64,000 nt of DNA, taken from contig CALXJY010000001.1 of the NCBI GenBank assembly GCA_944388755.1, positions 14,687 to 78,686 of the forward strand. Reading direction: 5' to 3'. The notes below the pieces were generated by a model. The model was not told the DNA's origin, did not search any database, and saw only the letters and a program-made list of their open reading frames with translations. Positions 10,405 through 19,345 of this stretch are shown here, piece by piece. The first letter of the stretch is position 1. The number at the start of each line of letters is the position of its first letter. This DNA comes from an uncultured Clostridia bacterium (GTDB lineage: Bacteria; Bacillota; Clostridia; TANB77; CAG-508). The position numbers and the translations under genes were made by a program.

Positions 10405-10447
10405 ATATATCTCTCCTTTTTATATTTTTTCTCTCACCTATAAATAT

Positions 10448-10476
10448 AAATTACCATATTTTTCCTTTTTAGTCAA
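10448..10476 (-). promoter_or_regulatory. candidate promoter of the Spo0E-like gene
   Basis: The minus strand reads TTGACT (10476-10471), a 17-nt spacer, then TAATTT (10453-10448), with TG at the extended -10 position (TATGGTAATTT). Confidence 0.4.
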
Positions 10477-10516
10477 GTAATTTTTTTCTTTTTCCACAAC
10501 TTTCGTATGCAAAAAA

Positions 10517-10533
10517 TCGACATATTTCGACAT
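10517..10533 (-). promoter_or_regulatory. tandem Spo0A-box-like sites (ATGTCGAAATATGTCGA on the gene strand)
   Basis: The gene strand carries a perfect 0A-box consensus TGTCGAA (10532-10526) and a 6/7 copy TGTCGAT (10522-10516). They are head-to-tail with 10-bp periodicity, ~40 nt upstream of the candidate -35. Confidence 0.4.
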
Positions 10534-10640
10534 AAAATATAAAAAAACAACGGCAGAAATTATAATATATAATTTAAACCGTGTTTTCCACAAACTTTTT
10601 ATTCTATTATTTTAGCAAATAATTTGTTATTTTCCACTTT

Positions 10641-11912
10641 CTAATTCTTAATAACTGACAAAACCATTTTATTTTCATCAAAAACTTCCTTTAAAACCTG
10701 TTCAGCATATTCTTTATTTACAGTATCTATTAGTTCTATATAATCAAAACTATTTATTCCCTTTAAATAATCTGCTAAAAACATTCTTGCTATATTTGTA
10801 ATATCATTATATTCTTTTATATAATCACCATATATCGTTTTTCTAATCCTGTCAAAATCTTTTTCATCTATCCCATTTTCTTTTACTTTTTTTACTTGTT
10901 CTTTAAAGCTATCATACAATAAATTAGAATCATTTGATTGTCCTGCTATTAATATGTGAGAATACCCTCTTGAAAATTCATAATCCATATTAGGAGCAGA
11001 AGAAATATTCCCTTCATCATATAATTTCTTATATAATTCTGAGCTCTCACCAAATATAAGATTTAATAATATTTCAATTGCTATATGTTTTTTTACTATA
11101 GTTTCTTTATTCATTGGTATGTCTTTAATCCCAATAGTATATAATGGTCGACTTACTTCCATTTTTTGTTCAACATTTTCTTTTACAATTGTTTCAGGTT
11201 CTTCAGGATAGATTCTTTTTATTTCTCCACTAGCCTTTATATCTACTAATCTTTTTTTAATCTCTTCTAACATCTTATTTGGCTCAAAATCTCCTGCAAC
11301 AACCATTACCATATTAGATGGATTATAAAATGTGTTATAACATTTATATAAAATTTCTTTATTTATTCTACTAATACTATCTATTGTACCTACAACATCT
11401 ATCTTGATTGGAAAATTATGATACATTACCTGCATAGCATTTAAATATACTTTCCATTCAGGATAATCATCATACATCATTATTTCCTGTCCGATTATAC
11501 CTTTTTCTTTTTCTACATTTTGATCTGTAAAATAAGGATGTTGTACATAATCCATAAATTCGTCTAAAGCTTCATAAAAATTATCTGTAGCCTCATATAA
11601 ATAAGCTGTGTGATCATTTGTTGTATATGCATTAGCCTCTACTCCTATCTCAGTTAATACATCTAAACTATTTCTACCACTTTCTTGTTCAAATAATTTG
11701 TGTTCTAAAAAATGAGCAACTCCATCAGGAACTTTTGTAATTTCTTTTTCACCTGGAACTATAAATTCACTATCATTAGAGCCATAATTTGTTCCCCATA
11801 ATATATATTTTTTTTGAATTCCTTGCTTAGGTATAATCATAACAGTTAATCCATTTTCCAGTTTTCCCATAAAAACTTTTTCTTTAACCTTTAAATTTTC
11901 TATAATCTGCAT
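10641..11912 (-). CDS. M16 (pitrilysin/insulinase) family zinc peptidase, active-site subunit
   Basis: 423 aa with the inverted zinc motif HFLEHKLF (HxxEH). Paired with a second M16-fold gene immediately upstream, as in the YmfF/YmfH-type arrangement. Confidence 0.85.
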   Translation of the reverse strand: MQIIENLKVKEKVFMGKLENGLTVMIIPKQGIQKKYILWGTNYGSNDSEFIVPGEKEITKVPDGVAHFLEHKLFEQESGRNSLDVLTEIGVEANAYTTNDHTAYLYEATDNFYEALDEFMDYVQHPYFTDQNVEKEKGIIGQEIMMYDDYPEWKVYLNAMQVMYHNFPIKIDVVGTIDSISRINKEILYKCYNTFYNPSNMVMVVAGDFEPNKMLEEIKKRLVDIKASGEIKRIYPEEPETIVKENVEQKMEVSRPLYTIGIKDIPMNKETIVKKHIAIEILLNLIFGESSELYKKLYDEGNISSAPNMDYEFSRGYSHILIAGQSNDSNLLYDSFKEQVKKVKENGIDEKDFDRIRKTIYGDYIKEYNDITNIARMFLADYLKGINSFDYIELIDTVNKEYAEQVLKEVFDENKMVLSVIKN

Positions 11913-11941
11913 ATTATATTTTACACTCCCTTTACAATATT

Positions 11942-13228
11942 TTATTTTTTGTCATTTAAAAAGTAAATTGTATCTATCTTTATATTTTGTGCTATATTTA
12001 ATACATCTTGCTTTGTCACACTTTGTATTTTTTCAATATATTGATTAATATCTAGTTTAGTTTTATAAAATTCTTGTCCATAAAAATACATTATTTCTGT
12101 GTCTTGTTCATCATCTATTATCTTTATATTAGACACCAAGCATTTTTTTGCAGTATCTATGTCATTTTCTGAAAAATTCCCATTTTTTAATTCTTCTAAT
12201 TGTTCTCTAACTAATTTTAAAGTTTTATCATAATTTTTTATTTCTATTCCACAATTTATTATTATATTATTTTTTATTTTTACATAACTTGAACTTGCAA
12301 CATATGCTAAGCTTGCCTTTTCTCTAACATTTTGGAACAACCTTGAATTTGCACTTCCACCTAATATTTCATTATATACTAGTGCAACATATTGCATATT
12401 TTCATCTTTAGTATCCAAATTCAATCCCAAAACAAGTTTTCCTTGAGTAACATCCATAGCTTCATTTATAATTTGCTCATTATTATTTATATTTTCTTGC
12501 AGATTTGACATATTAAATATGGCATTTCTATCATTTAAATTTTGAATTTCAGGCATTTTACATATCCTATCACTTATTTGCTCATCTATTATTCCTGAAA
12601 CAAATATATCAATTTTACATGTGTTTAATAGTTCTTTATAATATTTATATAAAGATTTTTCATCTATATTATCTAAATCTTCTTTATAACCATATTTATA
12701 TAAAGAATATGGTTTATTCCTATACATTTCTTCTATACATCTATCTACAGCATATCTTGCCTTATTATCCATTTTTCCATCTATTAATTGTGCTACATTG
12801 ACCTTTTCTTGTTCAACATATGTTTTTAAAAATGCATTATCTTCTATTAATGGATTAAATACAATTTCTAAAAGATTTGCTATAGTTTCATCTAAAATAT
12901 TTTCTGCATCTTGTGGTAAAAACTTTGAATTTATGGCTTCAATATAAAATTTTAATACTTGATTATCTCCTCTTTTATCTATACCACAGTTAAAAGAAGC
13001 TCCATACATTTCTTCTAATTTTGTACTTATATCTTCTTGTGTTGGCATATTTTTAGATCCTCTTCTTAAAACTGCTGGTATTAATGAGTTTTTAGTTATA
13101 TTTTCTCTGTTTAGTTCTGTCGTTAAAAAAACTGAAACTAAATTAGTTTTAAACTTTTCATTTCTAATTAAATGTAATTTAACTCCATTTTTTATTTCTT
13201 TAACTTTATATTCCATAATAAATTTCAT
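11942..13228 (-). CDS. M16 family peptidase-like protein lacking HxxEH (probable non-catalytic partner)
   Basis: 428 aa, the same length class and layout as the adjacent M16 protein, but with no HxxEH. The two are 29 nt apart. The start could be M1 or M5. Confidence 0.75.
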   Translation of the reverse strand: MKFIMEYKVKEIKNGVKLHLIRNEKFKTNLVSVFLTTELNRENITKNSLIPAVLRRGSKNMPTQEDISTKLEEMYGASFNCGIDKRGDNQVLKFYIEAINSKFLPQDAENILDETIANLLEIVFNPLIEDNAFLKTYVEQEKVNVAQLIDGKMDNKARYAVDRCIEEMYRNKPYSLYKYGYKEDLDNIDEKSLYKYYKELLNTCKIDIFVSGIIDEQISDRICKMPEIQNLNDRNAIFNMSNLQENINNNEQIINEAMDVTQGKLVLGLNLDTKDENMQYVALVYNEILGGSANSRLFQNVREKASLAYVASSSYVKIKNNIIINCGIEIKNYDKTLKLVREQLEELKNGNFSENDIDTAKKCLVSNIKIIDDEQDTEIMYFYGQEFYKTKLDINQYIEKIQSVTKQDVLNIAQNIKIDTIYFLNDKK

Positions 13229-13338
13229 TCCTTTCCTGTTTTACTATATTAAAGTAATCTTTCTAAAACTGAATCTCTTATCAAAAATATATAATTATTG
13301 TTTACGGTTTTTTCTAATTTTATTCATATAGGTAATTT

Positions 13339-13377
13339 AAAAGAGAAGTAAAGTTAAACACTTAGTACTTCCCCTCT
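13339..13377 (-). terminator. probable terminator after rpsU
   Basis: Minus RNA reads AGAGGGGAAGUA-loop-UACUUCUCUUUU, a 12-bp stem including G.U pairs with a U-rich 3' side. It starts 10 nt after the rpsU stop. Confidence 0.5.
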
Positions 13378-13387
13378 AATTTTATTT

Positions 13388-13558
13388 TTAAAATTTTCTC
13401 TTTCTTGCAGCCTCTGATTTTTTCTTTCTTCTTACACTAGGTTTTTCATAGTGTTCTCTTTTACGTACTTCTTGTATAACACCATTTCTAGCACATTGTC
13501 TTTTAAACCTTCTTAAGGCATCTTCTATATTTCCATTTACTTTAATTTCTGATGACAT
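13388..13558 (-). CDS. rpsU: 30S ribosomal protein S21
   Basis: Below the ORF-track cutoff (56 aa). Translation: [56 protein letters not shown], with the unmistakable S21 pattern (ALRRFKR...[10 protein letters not shown]). GGAGGGGG RBS. Confidence 0.92.
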   Translation of the reverse strand: MSSEIKVNGNIEDALRRFKRQCARNGVIQEVRKREHYEKPSVRRKKKSEAARKRKF

Positions 13559-13621
13559 TTTTATTCCCCCTCCTTCCAGCCATATGGACCTGTATGTGGG
13601 ATAACCCTTTTAACAGTATAC

Positions 13622-13650
13622 ATTATACATTAAAGATTTTATATTGTCAA
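13622..13650 (-). promoter_or_regulatory. sigma-A type promoter of rpsU
   Basis: The minus strand reads TTGACA (13650-13645), an exact 17-nt spacer, then TATAAT (13627-13622). Both hexamers match the consensus exactly. Confidence 0.65.
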
Positions 13651-13735
13651 TAGTCAAACCCTTATGTTATAGGAATTTTATGAAATATAATATATAATTC
13701 ATTTTTAATATATTTTATAACTGTAAATAAATATA

Positions 13736-14362
13736 TTACATTCCAAAAAACTTACCTATAAAATTAAACACAGGATTTTCGAATAAAAGTTCATTCATCC
13801 AATCTCTAGTAAAAGGGAGGCTGAATAATAAAATACCTACTGCTATAACTACTAAAATTGTTAAGACAAGTGCTAATAAATCCTTTTTTGTCATTTCTTT
13901 AAATTCTTGCCTCTTAGGTCTACTTTTATATAATGTTTTTAAAAGATCCATAACTCCATTTATAGTACCTAAGTTTTGATTCAGTCTTCTTTTTTCCTCT
14001 TTCTCATCATCTAATAGTGAATTATCATTATTAGATTCTTTTTTTGAATTGTTAGTGGTTGTAGCTTTGTAATTACTAAAGTCTTTTCTTTCAGATTCAT
14101 ATGATTTTTCACCATATTTTTTTCTATACAATTCCTCTTTTTCCCTTTTAAATTCAAAATCATACTGTTCTCTTAAAAATTCGTCTGAAAGCACATCATA
14201 TGCTTCATTAATTTCTTTTAATTTTTGCTCAGATATACTTTTATTTTTTTCATTTTTTTGTAAGTCTGGATGATACCTTTTTACCAAAACCTTATATGCT
14301 TTTTCTATTATTTCTACTGATGCTTTTTCATCTACTTGTAATATCTGATAATAATTTTTCAT
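13736..14362 (-). CDS. J-domain (DnaJ-like) protein with C-terminal membrane anchor
   Basis: N-terminal J domain NYYQILQVDEKAS...AYKVLVKRYHPDLQ with the HPD tripeptide. One hydrophobic helix near the C-terminus (LLALVLTILVVIAVGILLFSL). Confidence 0.8.
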   Translation of the reverse strand: MKNYYQILQVDEKASVEIIEKAYKVLVKRYHPDLQKNEKNKSISEQKLKEINEAYDVLSDEFLREQYDFEFKREKEELYRKKYGEKSYESERKDFSNYKATTTNNSKKESNNDNSLLDDEKEEKRRLNQNLGTINGVMDLLKTLYKSRPKRQEFKEMTKKDLLALVLTILVVIAVGILLFSLPFTRDWMNELLFENPVFNFIGKFFGM

Positions 14363-14377
14363 GGTAACTCCTACATT

Positions 14378-16183
14378 TTAAGAAAAAATAGCTTCAAATT
14401 CATCTGATTCAATTTTTTCTTTTTCTAATAAAATCTGTGCAACTGCATGTAATTTATCCACATGCTCAGTCAAAATTTGTCTAGCTCTATTATATCCTTT
14501 ATCAACAATATTTTTTACTTCTTCATCGATTATAGCTGCAGTTTCTTCTGAATATTCTTTAGATTGTGCTAAATCTCTACCTAAAAATACTTCATTTTGG
14601 CTAGAACCTAGAGTTATTGTTCCAATTCTATCACTCATTCCATATTTTGTAACCATGCACCTTGCAATCTGTGTAGCTCTTTCAATATCATTGCTTGCAC
14701 CTGTTGAAATATCATTTAAGATAAGTGCTTCTGCTACCCTTCCACCAAGTAGAGATACAATATTTTCCTCCATTTCTGTTTTTGACATAAAGTTTTTATC
14801 TTCTGTTGGACGATACATTGTATATCCTCCAGCCATTCCTCTTGGAACAATTGATATTTGATGTACAGGATCTTGAGTCTCCAAATAGTGACTTACAACT
14901 GCATGACCTGCTTCATGATAAGATACCAATTTATTTTCTTTATCACTTCTGACTCTAGTCTTTTTTTCAGGTCCCATAGTTACTTTAACCATGGCATCTT
15001 CTATTTCTTTCATTCCTATTTGTGGTAAACCTCTTCTTGCTGCTAATAATGCTGCCTCATTTAATACATTTTCAAGATCTGCTCCTGCAAAGCCTGATGT
15101 ATTTTTAGCGATTACTTTTAAGTCTACATCATCAGCTAATTTTTTCTTTCTTGCATGTACTTCCAAAATTTGTTCTCTAGCTTTTACATCAGGTGCACCT
15201 ACTACAATTTGTCTATCAAATCTACCTGCACGTAATAATGCTTTATCAAGTACATCAGGTCTATTTGTAGCTGCTAGTACTATAACACCTTCATTTTCAG
15301 AGAATCCATCCATTTCAACTAATAATTGATTTAAAGTTTGTTCTCTTTCGTCATGTCCACCACCAAGTCCAGCACCTCTTTGACGTCCAACTGCATCAAT
15401 TTCATCTATAAATACAATACATGGTGCATTTCTTTTAGCCTCATCAAATAAATCTCTAACCCTTGAAGCACCAACACCGACAAACATTTCAACAAAATCA
15501 GAACCACTTATAATAAAAAATGGTACTCCTGCTTCTCCTGCTACTGCCTTTGCTAAAAGAGTTTTACCTGTACCTGGTTGACCTACTAATAAAACTCCTT
15601 TCGGTATTCTTGCTCCCATATCTGTGAATTTTTTTGGATTTTTTAAGAATTCTACTATTTCTTGTAATTCTTCTTTTTCCTCATCAACACCTGCTACATC
15701 ATCAAAAGATATTTTATTTCTGTCTGCTGGAGTCATCATCTTTGCCTTACTTTTACCAAAAGATAATGTTTTTCCTCCTCCTTGTGCTCCATTTGCTCCA
15801 CCCATCATTAAGAACCAAAATATAAAGAAAATTATTAGTAATCCAAATGGAGTTAAGAAACTAAGAATTGTTACAAAAATAGATTGAGACTTTTCTTCTA
15901 ATGTAAATGATCCATTTTTTATAAAATCTTGTGTATAATTCATAAAGTTTTCCATATTTGGAATATTAACTTGTTTTATAACTTTGTCATCTGTTAATTC
16001 TACATTTGCTGTTTTACCATCTGATTCAATTTGGATTGCCTCTACTTTTCCTTCATTAATATTTGTAATTAATTCAGAGTATTTCATCTTTTTGTTTGAG
16101 TTTTCCATTACAGATGATAATACAATTATAAAAATAACACCTATTATTAGCCACATTGCTAATGTCTTTATATTATTTTTCAA
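14378..16183 (-). CDS. ftsH: ATP-dependent zinc metalloprotease FtsH
   Basis: Two N-terminal TM segments, AAA+ Walker [15 protein letters not shown] region, and zinc motif [11 protein letters not shown] start with GGAGG RBS. Confidence 0.95.
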   Translation of the reverse strand: MKNNIKTLAMWLIIGVIFIIVLSSVMENSNKKMKYSELITNINEGKVEAIQIESDGKTANVELTDDKVIKQVNIPNMENFMNYTQDFIKNGSFTLEEKSQSIFVTILSFLTPFGLLIIFFIFWFLMMGGANGAQGGGKTLSFGKSKAKMMTPADRNKISFDDVAGVDEEKEELQEIVEFLKNPKKFTDMGARIPKGVLLVGQPGTGKTLLAKAVAGEAGVPFFIISGSDFVEMFVGVGASRVRDLFDEAKRNAPCIVFIDEIDAVGRQRGAGLGGGHDEREQTLNQLLVEMDGFSENEGVIVLAATNRPDVLDKALLRAGRFDRQIVVGAPDVKAREQILEVHARKKKLADDVDLKVIAKNTSGFAGADLENVLNEAALLAARRGLPQIGMKEIEDAMVKVTMGPEKKTRVRSDKENKLVSYHEAGHAVVSHYLETQDPVHQISIVPRGMAGGYTMYRPTEDKNFMSKTEMEENIVSLLGGRVAEALILNDISTGASNDIERATQIARCMVTKYGMSDRIGTITLGSSQNEVFLGRDLAQSKEYSEETAAIIDEEVKNIVDKGYNRARQILTEHVDKLHAVAQILLEKEKIESDEFEAIFS

Positions 16184-16298
16184 AATAATTCCTCCTTCTA
16201 GTTAATGCAATGTTTTTTTCACTTGAATTTATAACATATAAATGTGTGTTTTTCAAGTGTTTTTTTGTGTCTTTTTTGTGACAATCTTATGTACTTTT

Positions 16299-17318
16299 CT
16301 AACTTTCTACGGATACTTGCCTTTGGTCTATAAAATAAATTTGTCCATTTTTTACTAAAACTTTTAAATTTTTATTTGGCATTAAATATTTATTACCAAT
16401 ATTATTACTACATAGTTTTATTAAATCTTCTATATGTATTTTTTCTATACCTTTACTATCTCCAAAAATCTTTGTAATAGTATATAACAGAATTTTTGAT
16501 TTTATGACTTTATCTTGGTAATTAAATTGTTTTAAGTTAAGAATTATTTTTGATTTACTTTCACATATACATATTTCCCTATATATTTTTTTTACTTGTT
16601 TTGTTATATACAATTCTTCTTCTTTAACAAGATCTGATAATCTGTCTAATGTTTCTATAATGTTTGGATTAAACTCTTGTTTTACATAGGGAATTACTAT
16701 ATTCCTGATTTTATTTCTTGTATATGTATTATCAAAATTTGTTTTATCAATTTTTGGATTTAAATTATTTTTTTCACAATATTCTTCAATTTCCTGTCTA
16801 GAACATTCTAATAAAGGTCTAATATATTTATTGTTTTTTATAGGTTCTAAACCTATTAATCCATTTAATCCTGTTCCTCTTAATAAATGCATTATAATTG
16901 TTTCTATTTTATCATTTTTATTATGTGCAATTGCAATCTTATTTCCACTAAGTTCTTGCATAATTTCATCAAAAAAATTATATCTTTCCATTCTTCCTGT
17001 TTCTTCTATTCCCATTTTATTATTATATGCTATTTTCTTTACATCTATACTTTTAGAAAAAAATGGAATATTTAGCTTATCACACAATTCTTGTACATAT
17101 GTTTCATCTGATTTTGCTTCTTCTCTTATCATATGATTAACATGTGCTACATAAATTTGAAATCTTAAATTTTCTTTTTCCTCTAATTTTATTTTTAAAT
17201 TAAATAAACAATTTAGCATTGCAATAGAGTCAGGCCCACCTGAAACTGCTAAAATTATTTTGTCATTATTTTGTATTAAATTGTACTTTTTTATAGTTTG
17301 TAATACTTTTTCTTCCAT
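16299..17318 (-). CDS. tilS: tRNA(Ile)-lysidine synthase TilS
   Basis: PP-loop motif AVSGGPDS near the N-terminus. Sits directly upstream of ftsH, which is conserved firmicute synteny. Confidence 0.9.
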   Translation of the reverse strand: MEEKVLQTIKKYNLIQNNDKIILAVSGGPDSIAMLNCLFNLKIKLEEKENLRFQIYVAHVNHMIREEAKSDETYVQELCDKLNIPFFSKSIDVKKIAYNNKMGIEETGRMERYNFFDEIMQELSGNKIAIAHNKNDKIETIIMHLLRGTGLNGLIGLEPIKNNKYIRPLLECSRQEIEEYCEKNNLNPKIDKTNFDNTYTRNKIRNIVIPYVKQEFNPNIIETLDRLSDLVKEEELYITKQVKKIYREICICESKSKIILNLKQFNYQDKVIKSKILLYTITKIFGDSKGIEKIHIEDLIKLCSNNIGNKYLMPNKNLKVLVKNGQIYFIDQRQVSVES

Positions 17319-17366
17319 ACATATTCACATTCCTTAGCATAAATTCATTGTAACTATTATTAAGTC

Positions 17367-18711
17367 TTATTCAAATCTTTTTTCCAAATTAACAAATTTT
17401 GTATATGTACCAAACCATCCTAAATCAATTGTTCCTGTAGATCCGCCTCTATGTTTTGCAATTATTACTTCTGCAATGTTTTTCTTTTCACTATCTTCAT
17501 TATAATAATCATCACGATACAAAAACATAACTATATCTGCATCTTGCTCAATCGCTCCAGATTCACGTAAATCTGAAAGCATAGGTCTATGGTCAGGTCT
17601 TTGTTCAACAGCTCTAGATAATTGTGATAAAGCTATTACTGGTACATCTAATTCTTTTGCTAATATTTTTAAAGAACGGCTAATTTCAGAAATTTCTTGC
17701 TCACGACTTCCATTCCTTTTATTAGATCCTTGAATCAACTGTAAATAGTCAATTACAACCATTCCTATGTCTTTTTCCAATTTTAGTTTTCTACATTTTG
17801 CTCTAATTTCAGTAATTGATATTCCGTGGTGTATCATCAATAAATATTTGTGCTTCTGACAATGGTCCAATAGTTTCTGCAAGTTTTGCCCAATCTTCTT
17901 CTTCTAATTTTCCTGTCCTTACTTTATTACTATCAACCATTGCTTCACTACATAAGATTCTATTTACCATTTGTTCCTTTGACATCTCTAAACTAAATAT
18001 TGCAACTGGTTTTTTTGCTCTAACAGCTACATGTGTCGCAATATTTAAAGCAAATGCTGATTTTCCCATTGCTGGTCTTGCAGCTATTAGAATAAGTTCT
18101 GAACCATGGAAACCTGCTGTTCTATAATCCAAATCTGCAAATCCACTTGGTATACCTGTTATATGTTGTTTTCTATTATACAATTCCTCTAATTGTGTAA
18201 AACTATCTACTAAAACATCTTTAAGCTGTGCATATCCTTTTTGATTTTTATCTTGCATTAGATTAAAAATTTTCTTTTCTGCACCTTCCATAATATCATC
18301 TAATTCTTGTGTTGGGTCATATCCAAGTTCTATTATTTCATTTGCTGTTTTTATCAAATTCCTTAATATTGATTTTTCTTCTACAATTTTAATATATTTA
18401 TTTGCATTTGCTGTTGTTGGAACTTTTTCAGGTAATTCTGCTATATATTCTATTCCGCCTACCTGGTCAAACTTTCCCATGGATTCTAGTTCTGATTTTA
18501 CTGTTATTAAATCTATTGGCTCTGCTCTATTATATAAGTTAACCATTGCTGTATATATTATTTTGTTATCCTCTCTATAAAAATCTTCAGGCTTTAATAC
18601 CTCTATACTAGAAATTACAGCATCATTATCTGTAATCATACTTCCAATAACTGCCTGCTCCGCTTCTAAGTCATGTGGTGGTACTTTTCCTACTTCCATT
18701 TTAGGTTTCAT
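17367..18711 (-). pseudogene. dnaB: replicative DNA helicase DnaB (DnaC in Bacillus nomenclature), reading frame broken by a 1-nt frameshift near 17824-17829
   Basis: Two overlapping ORFs (17809-18711 and 17367-17882) together give a colinear ~445-aa DnaB. It has the N-terminal domain PPHDLEAEQAVIG, Walker A ARPAMGKSAF, then ...IFIDDTP | [15 protein letters not shown]...DYLQLI. The frames switch inside ACACCACGGAATATC. Confidence 0.85.
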
Positions 18712-18730
18712 TCCTTCCCTTAATTAGTTT

Positions 18731-18796
18731 AAAAAAACAATAACAGACTTTTTTACTTGTATTATCCGCAATATTTAAAAGTCTTTGTCATTGTTT
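18731..18796 (-). terminator. hairpin plus U-tract between rplI and dnaB
   Basis: Minus RNA reads AAACAAUGACAAAGACUUUU-loop-AAAAGUCUGUUAUUGUUU followed by UUUUAAAC, an ~18-bp imperfect stem. Confidence 0.5.
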
Positions 18797-18812
18797 ATGT
18801 AACAATCTATTT

Positions 18813-19259
18813 TTAACCTTTAACTACATTAATCTTTAATTTAGCAATTACACCTTCATATAACTTTATTTCTACAGTTTTTGTTCCTAATTCTTTTATT
18901 GTTTCTTTTAAATCTATTTTCTTTTTATCTACAATAATATTGTGTGTTTTTTGCAATAATTCTGCTATTTCTTTTGAGGATACACCTCCAAATATTTTAC
19001 CATTTTCTCCAGCTTTTACTGGAATAGTTAGCATTATCTTTTTTATATGTTCAGCTTGTTTTCTTGCTTCTTGTTTTTCTTGATCTTTTCTATAAGCATT
19101 TGAATCTTGCTTTGCTTTTAAGTTTGCCATATTTTGAGCATTTGCTTCTACAGCTAGTCCTTTTGGAAATAAAAAATTTCGTGCATATCCATCTGAAGCA
19201 TTTATTATTTCATCTTTTTTTCCTACTCCTTTTATATCTTGTTTTAATATTACCTTCAT
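18813..19259 (-). CDS. rplI: 50S ribosomal protein L9
   Basis: [39 protein letters not shown] is a canonical L9 N-terminus. The start is most likely the ATG at 19259; the ORF-track start at 19268 is a GTG. Confidence 0.92.
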   Translation of the reverse strand: MKVILKQDIKGVGKKDEIINASDGYARNFLFPKGLAVEANAQNMANLKAKQDSNAYRKDQEKQEARKQAEHIKKIMLTIPVKAGENGKIFGGVSSKEIAELLQKTHNIIVDKKKIDLKETIKELGTKTVEIKLYEGVIAKLKINVVKG

Positions 19260-19308
19260 ATTATTCACAATCCTTTCTCATATATGAGTTGTACGTTGAT
19301 TAAATTTT

Positions 19309-19343
19309 AAATGCAGTTTGACGACGCCAAAATTGTAATTATT
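19309..19343. repeat. Intergenic repeat family B, copy 3
   Basis: AAATGCAGTTTGACGACGCCAAAATTGTAATTATT compared with AAATGAGGTTTGACGTAGCCAAAATTGTAATTATT at 735-769. Lies between the gdpP stop and the rplI start. Confidence 0.65.
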
Positions 19344-19345
19344 TT

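Noticed and set aside
17826-17882. N-terminal 19 residues ([19 protein letters not shown]) of the 171-aa ORF, as a possible independent start of a truncated DnaB C-terminal protein.
   Set aside because: This stretch is the out-of-frame reading of the sequence that encodes the DnaB N-terminal ORF (...[12 protein letters not shown]). The real homology resumes only at [10 protein letters not shown], so the ATG is fortuitous.
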